Positions 51,620 to 64,000 of a stretch of DNA of 64,000 nt are shown here, piece by piece. Origin of the DNA: Octopus vulgaris. Lineage: Eukaryota. The position numbers were made by a program, and so were the translations under genes. Position 1 is the stretch's first letter. Every line of letters starts with the position of its first letter. Below the pieces are notes generated by a model. That model made no database searches. It was not told the origin of the DNA and saw only the letters and a program-made list of their open reading frames with translations. Location of the stretch: contig OX597825.1 in the NCBI GenBank assembly GCA_951406725.2, forward strand, positions 71,114,001 to 71,178,000, written 5' to 3'.

Positions 51620-53643
51620 GGCCCTTCGGTTTTCTACAGGAAATGATGCTAATGTACATATTCGACAATTTCACCCAAATTAGAAATATTTCTTCTGATT
51701 AACAACTCTTGCGGTTGACAAAACATTAGTTTTCACTCATCAATCAATTTCATTCTTGAGCGAAAAAAAAAATAAATAAAAAACGATGTTTGTATTTAAG
51801 TAGTTACCGCCCTTTACTTTCTGAGTTCAAATCCCGTTGAGGTCAGTTTTTGTCTTTCATCCTTCTGGGATCGATAAAAGAAAGTAGCAGTTACCAGTAT
51901 CAGTGTATGCTTGTGCATGTGTACACAGGTTTTTGCAACATTGAAAGATTAAATAAACTGTACTCAAACAAGGTTTTCAAAACGAAATCATTTTTTTTCT
52001 TTTAATTGAAGAAATTTGAGCAATGGTTGCTCGAATAGATGAGTGCATACTTTACAAAGAAAGACAAAATTTGCACTCAATGCCATATTTTAGGCCTTGT
52101 GTCGGTATTAGAAATAGTACTAATATGACCATATAGTTCAGCACACCGGGGGTAAAAAATTTATGCAGTATTTCTTGTGTTTTGCGATCTGAGTTCAAAT
52201 GCCGCCGAGGTCCACTTTGCCTTTCGTCCTTTCGGGTTTGATAAAAAAAAATGTACCAGTTGAGCATTGGGGTGTCTATATATGATTGAAAGTTGCTGCC
52301 CCAAATTAGAAAGAATATTAATATATACTTTGACAGAATCATAAGTTATGGCCCTTTACATTCTGGGTTCAAATCCCACCGACCCAAGTCAATTTTCCGG
52401 GATCGGTAAAATAAAGGTCCAGCCAAAAAGCCGAGTCGATTGATATAATGTATTCTAAATGTGAATGAAACCGTAACAGAAGTCTATACTCCTCCCACTA
52501 AAATTATGTGAGTGTATGTGTGTGAGAGAGAGAGAGAGAGAGAGAAAGAAAGAGAGACTCCTGGGGCTCAGGAATGAGAAATTTCGAATAAGAGTTCATT
52601 CATACTAAATTAGATATATATATATATACATACATTCACTCACACAAATGCAAACATATATATACATACACACACACACATATATATATAGTACTATTTC
52701 CAAATCCGATTTTCCCTTCACACTTCATTAGTTAGTGGTATTCATAAAAAAATTTTTTTTATTACTATTACTACTACTTCTACCGCTGCATAGTAACAGT
52801 TGTAGCAACAGAGTACTACTACTACTGCTTTCAGTATCAACATTAGTAGTAGTAGCAGTAGTACGATTACTATCAATATCAGTAGTAGCAGCAGCAGTAG
52901 TATTAGCACCAGTAGAGCTGCTACTAACCATTAACTGCAATCCTATCATTACATCTCCTATAGAGCAAAAGGCTTACCTAATCAGTGGAGGAGAGTCGGT
53001 TGGTGGTGCAAGGCAATACAAAAAAGAAAAAAAAAGAAAAAGCAGGCAGTGCTTTCGGCTGGTACAGCTTCTTCTAAAATATTAATTTAAACACCCATAA
53101 TATTCAACACAAGCATTAATTAATATACGTGTATTATTCTGTTATTTATTTATTACTATGGAGTAGAGAAAAAAAAAACAAAAACAAAAAGACTTTTAAA
53201 AACTTCCAGGTAAGCAAAGCGTCCATCAATTCTTCAGTTTATTTAATTATTCCTAGGCTAAACTTTTTTTTTCTTATTCTATTTTGCTTACCCCGAGTGT
53301 AGTTCCTTCCTTCTATTGTTTATTATACTTAAATGAATAATAAATAAACGAGCGATTGTTATCTTGTACGTGTACTCTGCTAGTGATGACTATTGTTTTG
53401 TAAACGGTTATCAGGTGGATGGCGATAAATAGTTTCATATCATAGAAGAAACCGTATAGCCAAGCTTTTCCTTGCGATATATATATATATATATATATAC
53501 ATCCGTTTTGTTTTAGCTGTTCGGAATATAGAGTGCTCAATACCGTAAGCTGTGTGCATCTGTGTGTGTATGTATGCTTGTATATATATATATACATATA
53601 TATATATGTGTGTGTGTGTGTATGTATAATGTGTGTTGCGAGG

Positions 53644-53745
53644 AAAAGGTTGGCTGTAACTTCGAAGCTTCGACTGCGTTGCCTTTGTCAGATAGTCTAA
53701 CGAAAGGCAACCGAACCGAAACTTCGAAGTCACTGTCGACCTTTT
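53644..53745. other. ~100-nt imperfect inverted repeat / hairpin
   Basis: AAAAGGTTGGCTGTAACTTCGAAGCTTCG..GTTGCCTTTGTCAGA pairs with TCTAACGAAAGGCAAC..CGAAACTTCGAAGTCACTGTCGACCTTTT. Confidence 0.85.
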
Positions 53746-54639
53746 GTTGATGCTCTATTGAAATGCATCGAATGATCCTTCACTTAATGCTTGACTATAT
53801 ATATATGTATATACACACATATATACATATCAGTGTTTTGTTACATTGCCACTTAGCAACTAAATGATTCACAATAAACTTATGAATATTTCTAAGAGGA
53901 ACTGGCCACAAATTACTACAACGGCATAGTTTATATTGCCCGAAACTATATTTCATTATTCAAATATTCTCATCATTCTTTTTTCGTTTATATTAAAAAT
54001 TAACTATAACTACTTCTATTTGATTTTTCATTTAAGCCTGCTATCAAATATTTTCCAAAACAAACAAATATATGTAAATAAACATACACTAAATGCAAGC
54101 ACACACACGTATTTATATGTGTGTGTATTAGTGCGTGTATATATATTTATATATATATAGTCTATTTCCCTACTAAATTAATCTGGTGGTACCAAATTGA
54201 ATCGATACCCTAGCGGCTTGAAAACTATGCAATTAATTCAGTCGTTATATTGATTGCTTTTACAATGTTTCCCCTTTCGTCATAGAAAATAACCTATTTG
54301 TCCCCTGGGGGAAACATCCCTCACCTTTCATTAAGGCAGTGGCTATATTTCCCTTACCTTGAATTACCATCCTCTTCTGACAGAATTCGAGAGACTGCAC
54401 TGCACATAGGTGTCAAATGAAATTTGACAGGTTCTTGGGGGCTGATCTTGAAAAGTTAGACAGTTGTTAATTATTTTTTATTTTCAGCCGGGTCTGTTCC
54501 CCTCCTTTCTCATTTGTCTTGTCGGCAGTATTGTCATTTTATATTTTAAATACGAAGACGAGACATTGATTTCATAATTCTCGTTGCAAAAAGCAAATGA
54601 TAAGTCAAATATGAAGACAGATGATAAGTGTGAATATAC

Positions 54640-54681
<42 letters not shown>

Positions 54682-57600
54682 TTGCTTTTAAATTTAACCC
54701 TAAGTTGTATTTATTAATCCTTCTTGCTCGCAAATAAAGGTAAAATAACGTCGTGTCCTACCTAAATTAGGCACAAGATATGATTGAAAATTTCCTTTAA
54801 TTATGTGGAATCTACTTGATGATATCATTATCAGTCTAAAAATTCGTCCCCTTTACATCTTGTTCTATTTTTCCTTGGATAAATTTTCCCTTTTCGATTT
54901 ATTATTTTATTGCCACCTTTTTTTTTTTTTTTCTGTGAATGAATTTAAAATACGATAGAACTTATTAAAGAATCATTCATCTTTTATACTTCGTTATTTT
55001 CCACCGAGTAAAAAAAGACAAAAAAAAACAAAACAAAAATAACTTCATCAGCTGAGCTGCTACCTGCATATTTATGACAATTTCGCTGGAGATAATTTCT
55101 ATCATTTATAATATATATATATATATATATAAATATTTATATTTTTTTATATCTCGAAGGGGATTGCACAAAGTCTTCTTTATTTGTGTTTTATTTTTTA
55201 CATAATTCTTTATATGCAATTTCAGTCCGATGAAGATATTGCATTGCCCGATCAAGCACAAGGGTAGGAAGATAGAGAAATAGTTAGCTGCAGAGAGAGA
55301 GAGAGAGAGAGAGAGATAGTTAATTAGCCTCTATATATTACTGGTATTCTGTTTTGACTTAGAGAAGACAAGTCGATTCTAGCGATATATTATCTCTACA
55401 GTGAAGGAAGTGTTCAAGACATTTCCATAAATGATCTATACACCTCGGTAGTCATCCGATCTTCCCCACCTATAGCTGCTTCTTTCATTTATTATTTTAA
55501 TTAGTATTTGTGAGCACATTTCGCTATATTTATGCTGTTAGTATTCTTGTCCAAGTGCTCGAACATAGCTTCTTTGCTGAAGAAAATCCAGTTATTATAT
55601 TTATTTTTGCAGTTTGATTATGTTCATTATTTCATTCTTTTAACAAATTCTTGTTTCTAATTCAGAATGTCAGAAACAAACTAGATTAATTAAAAAATTT
55701 ACATTGTCAGTTTAGCCTTTCTGTTATTTTTTTTAGCCTTAAAAAAACCCTATTCTTAAGAATTAATTGTTTCCGACTTAACAGAAAAGATCTGGTTATA
55801 TTTTTGCTCTAATATATTTGTCTATATATACTAATAATTACGCAATTAGTTTTGTTATTTGAATAAACACACGTGTAATTAAATACACATAAATGTTTAT
55901 GTGTATATACAGAGACAAACACATTCATATATATTATTTTGGCCAGTCAGAACTTGCCTGAAAAACCCTGTGAACCCATAAACGAAACTTAGACTAATAA
56001 GAGACTAACTCGTTGCAAAATAAAATATTATTAATCTTTACTATGGTACTGAGTACTTTTTTCGACAGTCAACACGGATATATATATATTATGTAAACAT
56101 ATGTATACATATGTTTATTCATGTGTGTGTGTATGATGGTATATGTAAACAGTTCTTCATTATATAAACTTCAAGGGCCGGTGGTTTGTAGTGGGATGGT
56201 CAGTTGCCATTAGCTTGGAATATTATACTCGATTGAGTTTTATGCTGTTGTAGTTAAATTTTCTATGTGTCCACGGTTTTTATTTTTTCTTCCGATGCTT
56301 AAATATTATTTCTAATGGTGATATATTTCTAGAAGCGAGTTCTTTTAAAAGACTTACAGGATAGTTTTGATACTCTTCTTAACGGTTCGACTTCAATAGA
56401 ATTTCCTCCATTTATAATCCTTATTAATTAAACATATGATACCCTTATATATAATACAAACGATAAAGTTTAATTAAATTCGGTTTGTTCATATTTAAAG
56501 ATTTTTATGCACTTGATATATATAAAAAAGAAGTATTTTCTGTTTTCGTCTCTCACGATTTGTCTTCCTTGCTCTTGCAAATATAAAAATATTTACAACA
56601 ATGAATGGGATTGATAAACTATATGACTCATTAACATTATATATTATTGACATTACATGCCAATATACATCATGTATTTTTATATTGTAATTGGGGATGG
56701 AGGTTAATGACAGTTGTGAACTATCAGTAGAATGTTTGAGTTTTGAACTAACATTGGGTTTCTATCGTCCAGCGTCTAAATCAGTTTATACATATAAGCA
56801 TATATATATATATATACACACATATGCATATGTGTATATATGTATGGTGTGTTGGATAAACCACGAAGATGGTTAGGGAAGAAGAGAAAGAAACGGGTAC
56901 TTGTTGACTGTGGCAGCAGTCATTGGGGTCTTGAGTTTTAGTGTAGTGCACCTGTCGATAGGTAATTTTACTTAAAACAGTTTAATGAATTTAGAAAACC
57001 AACCCTCTCTATGCCTAAAACAAGTAAGACATAAAATCTGCATATAAAAAACAGAATGAGTGTCGGGACTAAGGAATGATGATAGCCCAGCTAACCAGAC
57101 ATCTTAGTCTTAAGTACAATAGTAATGCAGAGCGGAATGTGTTGCAAGAGGAAAGGCAAATATGCAACACCGGTAAACCAACCATCTTGTTGTCATTTCG
57201 GTCGGTCAAACCCCGACAGTCTGATACGCGCGCGCGCGCATATACCTCAACTTACGTCGGTAACGACTTAACACGAAAAGCATTAAAGAAAATTATTAGC
57301 TTACATCTGTTTTAATAAATGCTTTGTACATATTTCCACGTATTTTATTTGATTTACCACTTGAGTTTTTGGTGTTTGTTGTTTTGTTTCTAAATAATTT
57401 ATGCTTTTAAATATGTTCTGTGAGACCGACTTAAGTTACATAAATCGACCGAAGTTGACGTTTATTTTTTTGCATATAACACGTTTGTATATAATACAAA
57501 ACCATATAAAAAAATCCAAATTCAAAACCCGGATGAAAAAAAAAAAAATACTGAAGTCGAAAAAGATGTAACTCTAAAGCGACGTATGTTGAGGTATGTC

Positions 57601-58047
57601 TGTATTAGTTATATACAGATTCGATTCAGTTAAGTATATTTCGTCTTGAATAAGAAGAAAAGAGCAAAAAATAAAAATGGACAGCAACTGTTGTTTACCG
57701 AAATGTCATTCAGCTGTGGTATAAAGACGAGCCGAGCTAAATAGAAATTGATGTTAGGCTAGTTTCAGTGCTTGAATCCACAAACCATACAAATATGGTG
57801 TGTATAGATCTTTGTTGCCTATCCAGCCGCCGCTAGCTAGTTGTTATTGTTTAGCTCCTGCCCTCAACCTGTTAGTCCCGATTGAGCCGGCGTATGATCA
57901 GAAGCATTCCATCCATGACCATCTCGTCTCATTGAACACTGTAGGTCTAAGTATTACAACTCCTTTTTAAAATGGTAAGGTGCGATTAGGGAGAATTTGG
58001 CTACTATTTCCAGACCAAGGAACAGTTATGCCTGCTTTCTCTTTGGT

Positions 58048-58188
58048 GTCGACTTTGCCTTTCATCCTTTCGGGGTCGATAAATTAAGTACCAGTTACGC
58101 ACTGGGGTCGATGTAATCGACTTAATCCGTTTGTCTGTCCTTGTTTGTCCCCTCTATGTTTAGCCCCTTGTGGGTAGTAAAGAAATAG
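58048..58188 (+). mobile_element. 5'-truncated young SINE family B
   Basis: Close to the family consensus with CpGs intact. Confidence 0.85.
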
Positions 58189-59369
58189 GTTTGTTCACTG
58201 CCAGTCAACCGTCTCTTAACCATTTTTTAAAATCTGGCAGATCCCCATAACCATTCAATATTTAAAAACTAATTCTATAGATACTAACCATTTCGGTTAA
58301 TGTTTACAATATTGAACATTAACCGATATTTCTTTCAAAATTCCAGCTTATTTACTCATTAACTTGTGTGAGTTGAACCATGTAAGATGTCAAGGAAAGA
58401 TACCTTGCCGTTTCTTGCATTACATAAATTTAAATCAAAACTTTTCATGTTTCTTTAAATACCACCATGGATCTCCAATTTACTATTTTGGTCGCTTGGA
58501 CCCCCATGGGTCATAGGGAACCCTGGTTGGGAACCACTGATTTAGATGAATAATAATTAGAATAATTTGATTTTTGTATCTGGTTTGCAAGATTCCTTAT
58601 GTGAATTCGTGTGTTGAAACAAATTTTGTTGTACCTTAATAAAAAAACAAAAAGGAACACAGCTTCAATAAAGGACAGTCAAAGTCAAAATCCATTGATA
58701 CGGTCGCAAATGTGGCGACGAAAAAGCTTTCTGGAATGAATAAATAGATAAATGAGTGGAAATTGAACCGGTGAGAATGTTGCCTCTCCAGACACGACAC
58801 AGTTATAATTCTCTCTAATTTTGGCACAAGGCCAGCACTTTTAAGGGGAGGGAGAAGTCGATTACAAAGACCCTAATGCTCAAATAGTACTTGTCGATTC
58901 CTCAGGAATGGAAGGCTAAGTCGACCTTGACAGCATTTGAACTGAGACCGTAAAGAGCCAGAAGAAATGCCGCTAACCATTTTGCCTGGTGCAGTAACGA
59001 TTCTGTTAGCTCGCGGCCTTATTAATTAATAATAAAGCTTTCTTTAATAACAGAAGGTTGATCGAGGATGGTACCGAGCGATAAAACGTGAGATCATACA
59101 CGCACAAACTAAACGCGAAAATTAGCCCCTCCCCCAAAAAAATAAAAGCAAAAACTCAAACCAAAGGAAAAATTCCGTGGACTACTCGTGGAAAACCCAT
59201 AAAGCATGGTTACCCAACTTCTAGGGCAAGTGCCCTTTCTCTCGGTTGTTTGTCTCTAATTTATGGGCGCGTGCCCACAACAGGCCCGTTCACTCGGTCC
59301 AAGTTGGCATTACTCCAATCTACCTTTCAACAAATTTGCTGGAAGGTAGCACTTTCGTCTCCAATAATT

Positions 59370-59945
59370 CTTTCTTTTATCTCTTACTTGTTTCGGTCAT
59401 TAGACTGTGGCCTTGCTGGGACACTGTCTTTAAGAATTTTAGTCGAACGAATCGCCCCCGATATTTATCCTTTTTAAGCCTGGTACTTATTTTGCCGAAC
59501 TGCTAGGTTACGGGGTCGTAAACACACCAATACTGGTTGTCAAGCGTTGGTGGGGAGAAACAGTTACACATACACACGATAGACTTCTTTAAGTTTACGT
59601 CTACCAGATCCACTTTGGTCGGCCCGGGGTTGTAGAAGAAAACACCCATGGTGGCACGCAGTGGGACTGAACCCAGAACCATGTGGTTGACAAGCAAACT
59701 TCTCACACAGCTACGCCTGCGTCTATATATAGGTACAAGGCCAGAAATTCTGGTGCCGGTTGGTGGTGGGGGCTAGTCGATTACATCAACCCCAGTTCTC
59801 AATAAGTATTTATTTTATCGACTCCGAAAGGGTGAAATGCAAAGTCGACCTCGGCAGAATTTGAACTCGGAATGTTAAAGTCTGGAAGAAATGCCGCTAA
59901 TCCCCTCTGTTCGGTGCGCTAACGATTATGTCAGCTCGCTGCCGC
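59370..59945 (-). mobile_element. Old family A SINE plus family B SINE
   Basis: Diverged homologues that retain CpGs. Confidence 0.75.
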
Positions 59946-62699
59946 CGCCACAGTAGTAGTAGTTGTAGTAATAGTTTTATTTTTTGTTACCAGGGCGACG
60001 GGTGAGTGGGGACAGTAGACCGACAGACATGAAGTGTGTGGGTTTCTGCTCCTGTGTCTAATAAAAGAAATGATAATAATAATAATAATGTGCACTTGAA
60101 TTAACTCGAGATTATGGAAAGACGTATGTACTATAAATTCGATCAATAGATGATTGCATGGTCGGTATTTATTTTATCAATCCTAGTGGGATGAATTGTA
60201 AAATCAACCTCAATAGAATTTCATATTAAAAGGAACGACACAAAAATACAGTACTCTACCTTTTCTGCCACTTCTACCCTCACTCACCCTGGTAATAAAA
60301 TAAGTGCAGTAATGGTGATTAATACTAATGGTGTCAAATAGCGCAACTCATTATTGATTAGATTCTTTTTTTTTTTTTTCATTGCCTCCTACACATTGCT
60401 TCTAGGAACTGTTATAAAGACAATTATAGGTGCAACAGTAACACAATAAATATAAATACAAGCCGACATGCATGCGTGTGTGTCTGATATACTTTTTTCT
60501 CTCTCCTATCTCTTCGTCTTTCTTCCCTTATACATAAGTCTTGCAAGGCGTCGTTGTTTTGCTAACATGGATACAAACATTAAAGTATTTTAGTGATAGA
60601 GCGAGGATCAATATTTATTCTCTTTGATCTTTGGAGGTTCATAGAGTTAAATGTCAGTAACGCTGCACTTCTTTTTAATACGATGGTTAGTTTATTTTTT
60701 TTTTCTTTAACCTTCTAGTTTATTAAAACTATCTTCTGGCGTTTAGGATTTACCTTGATGACTTTTTATCACAGTGTCTATACCAGCTTTTAGTGGCAGT
60801 ATGCTGTATCGTGTGTTGCCAGGGGCAACGGTTGGCATTAGGAAGAACATAACGATGAACTATAACACTGCTTTGAAAAGTCCTCTCTAACTCATACCGA
60901 CAAGGAAAAGCTAGCGTAAAAACGAAGTTCTACTCTTTGTCTAACTCATTAAAGTAGTTCAAGTTCTCGGTGTCTTCCTTGTTGAATAAGCACAGAATGC
61001 TTAGTCTTCTGATCATACGCTTTCAATTTCGCCATTGAAATTAATTTTCACGAGTACACTAATATGCCACTACAGTATATTCGAACAGCAGAGTCCACTT
61101 TGCTCTAAGTAGGTAGTGCAGGGTGCTATGGTATATTAAACACTGGCTGCACAGTAAAATTCGCGATTAGTTGGTTGGCTGCACTGAATTCAACCCTCAG
61201 TTGGTACAACTACTTGCAATGGACTGGCATCTTGTGAGAACTGTCTCTTATCTGTTTACTATCAAATAGAACCATAGATAAGCGTTGGATCGATGGGATT
61301 GGATCATTCAACTTGTTCCAGCAATTTAAAGTGTGTAAATCTGGAATATATCATCATCATCGTTTAACGTCCGTTTTCCATGCTAGCATGGGTTGGACGG
61401 TTTGACCGGGGTCTGGGAAGCCGGGAGGCTGCACCAGGCTCCAGTCTAATCTGGCAGTGTTTCTACAGCTGGATGCTCTTCCTAATGCCAACCACTCCGT
61501 GAGTGTAGTGGGTGCTTTTTACGTGCCACCGGTACAGGTGCCAGGGGAGGCTGGCAGCGGCCACGATTGGTTGGTGCCTTTTACGTGCCACCGGCACAGG
61601 TATCCAACTACAATTTCCATTTGATATTTTGATGTTGATGTACATCACTCACTAGGTCTCCTCAAGCACAGCAGGTCACCCTATGATCCAAAGTAAGCAC
61701 GGCAGGTCGTTTTGCAATCCAAGGTACTTTGGATGAACTGGGGCTATGCAAAACTGGTGCAGGAAACAGCCATGAACTCACATTATTTGTTGGGTCTTTG
61801 CAGTCACAGCATATCTCCAGAGGTCTCTCTCTCTCTCTGTATATATACATATATTAAACATCCATTATTTTTCATGTTTGTGTGAAGGGTGAAACGAAAT
61901 TCATTGAGCTAGACTTTTTACTGTTGGCTGCCTTTCCTGTCGCCAATTTTCATGTATTTTATGCATGGTAATATTTCCTCAAGTTTTTTCAAACACAACC
62001 CACACGATTGCTTGCTGTTTTCATGGCAGATTAAATGAATGGCACCGCATATTTACAATTAGCTTGCAATGTCAAGTCACAAAACACAAACATATTTACA
62101 TGCGCACACGCACACATATAGAGAGATGGGTTTCTTTCAGTTTTCATTTACCAAATCTACTCACTGGGCTTTGGTCTGCTCAGAACTATAGAAGACACTT
62201 GATCAAAATGCTACACAGTGGGACTGAACTCAAAACCACTTAATCACACAGTTTCTCTCTGTGGTACAGGCCTGGGTTTAAGGGTTTTTACTTTTTTTGC
62301 TGTGGGAAGCTAGTATTTGCCATATCCTCTTTACACCATGCACTGAAGTTTATCCAAGGGAAAAACTACCAAATTGGGCAGATACAGCTTGTCATCAGTA
62401 TCATTGTAAGCATTGCTGCCAGAATGTAAGTCAAGAGACACTGCAAAGCATCTTTCCTGAGACCCTCTAACAGTCTGGCCAATCCACTGTCCTCGATTGG
62501 TATTGGTGAAATAAACAGTGAAGATGCTTTGTCTCCTGCAAAAACTGCAGGAACTATTCAGAATTTTTGCAATCTCCTCATCTAAATCCATTGCAATGTT
62601 GAAAACCTTTGTGTATCATCTGCAGATATCTCGGGGTTTACAAGCTTCCCTTAGCTTGTACGCTTCACCAAAGTAGAGCAGCAGGGACTGAATTAGTCT

Positions 62700-62920
62700 T
62701 TACCTGCCGAAGGGTTCCACTAGCAGTCTTTTATTAATCATAGTATCTTTGAGCTGGTTTCAGCTACTGTTCCTGTCTCTTTGGTGGTTTTCTTCAGTTG
62801 CTTGGATTCTAAACCAATATTCTGTAAGAAATAGCATACTGATCTAGCTGGATAGCTGTGCATGCCATCCTTTGACAAGTGCCTTGTTGACAAAGACTTG
62901 ATATTTTGTTTCCTTTAGCT
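62700..62920 (-). pseudogene. Possible HERO-like RLE LINE C-terminal relic
   Basis: YPARSVCYFLQNIGLESKQLKKTTKETGTVAETSSKIL*LIKDC*W resembles the 10435 relic's C-terminal pattern. Confidence 0.4.
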
Positions 62921-63134
62921 GGTGAGAAATTTCAAGTCTGTCTTTCTAGGGTACAGTAAGTTCAACCACAATCAACCGCAAAAGGATGAAAAACAAAGTT
63001 AACCTTGGCAGGATTTGAACACAGGACACTGACTATTGGAACATATATATATAAGGCATTCTATCCAATGTGCTAATGTTTCTGCCAATACACCACCATA
63101 TTAATAAAATGGTTATAGTTGAAAAAAATACTTA

Positions 63135-63366
63135 TTTCTTTACTGCCCACAATGGACCAAACGCAGAGAGGACAAACAAGGACAGACAAATGGATTAAGT
63201 CGATTATATCGATCCCAGTGCATAACTGGTACTTATTTAATCGACCCCGAAAAGATGAAAGGCAAAGTTGACCTCAGTGGAATTTGAACTCCGAATGTAA
63301 CGGCAGATGAAATATCGCTAAGTATTTCGTCCGGTGTGCTAACGTTTCTGCCAGCTTGCTGCCTTA
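63135..63366 (-). mobile_element. SINE family B
   Basis: 17-bp TSD GTTGA(A/G)AAAAAATACTT at 63118-63134 and 63368-63384. Confidence 0.88.
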
Positions 63367-64000
63367 TGTTGAGAAAAAATACTTTAGTCTGAGATGGTCT
63401 GAATTGGCACAAAAAGTGGTAAGAAGGGATCTACAAACACTGGGACCCACAAAGGGGATGAGAGGGGACTGAGGCTCCTGGTGGTTTGCTGTGCTTAAAA
63501 AGACACTTCAAGATCAGTAAAAGCGTGGTTGCTCTTGCATTCAAGCTTGACCCTTGCAACCCTCTTCAGCTGGGCATCTCTCATCTTGTGGGCTTGTAAG
63601 TGCTGGTGCCATGTAAAATGCACCTGTAACTTGTGCTGTGTAAAAGCACCTAATACACTCTGTAAAGTGGTTGGCATTAGGAAGAGCATCCAGTTGTAGA
63701 AACCACGCCAAAACAAATATGGAACCTGAACAGTGCTTCCACTGGTCAACTTCTGTCAAACTGTCCAACCCATGCCAACATGGAAAATGGACATTAAATG
63801 ATGATGATGAAAAACAAAGCATGGGCATGTTCCATGTGGCTTTCAGTTCAGTCCCACTGTGCAGCATCTTGGCCACATGTCTTCTATTAATGCTTTGTGA
63901 GTGAACTCGTAGGATGGAAACTATGTAGAAGGTCATTGTATATGTGTGTGTGTGTAAGTATGTCTTTGTGTTTATATCCCACCTCTACTTGACAACCAGT

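Overview
AT-rich eukaryotic DNA dense in microsatellites and transposons. The SINE families and repeat landscape look like an octopus (coleoid cephalopod) genome; this is my recognition, not a database result. No host protein-coding exon can be supported. Almost all ORFs in the supplied track are microsatellite or SINE artefacts. Recognisable coding relics are all decayed transposons: Tigger/pogo, three Tc1/mariner, R4/Dong-like and HERO-like RLE LINEs, RTE LINE and Penelope-like GIY-YIG. Also present are at least four high-copy SINE-like families, piggyBac and hAT MITEs, Helitron and Helentron-type non-autonomous elements, and solo LTRs, often nested with readable TSDs. Most notable: (i) about 9 minimal hammerhead-ribozyme motifs from several repeat families, including a 270-bp tandem pair with an inverted partial copy (Penelope pLTR or retrozyme architecture); (ii) a repeat/hairpin-cassette array at 51.08-51.62 kb; (iii) an unexplained ~100-nt hairpin at 53.64-53.75 kb; (iv) a ~12-kb CpG-retaining, SINE-poor domain (~49.5-61.8 kb) containing (ii) and (iii), which looks like an unmethylated regulatory region.
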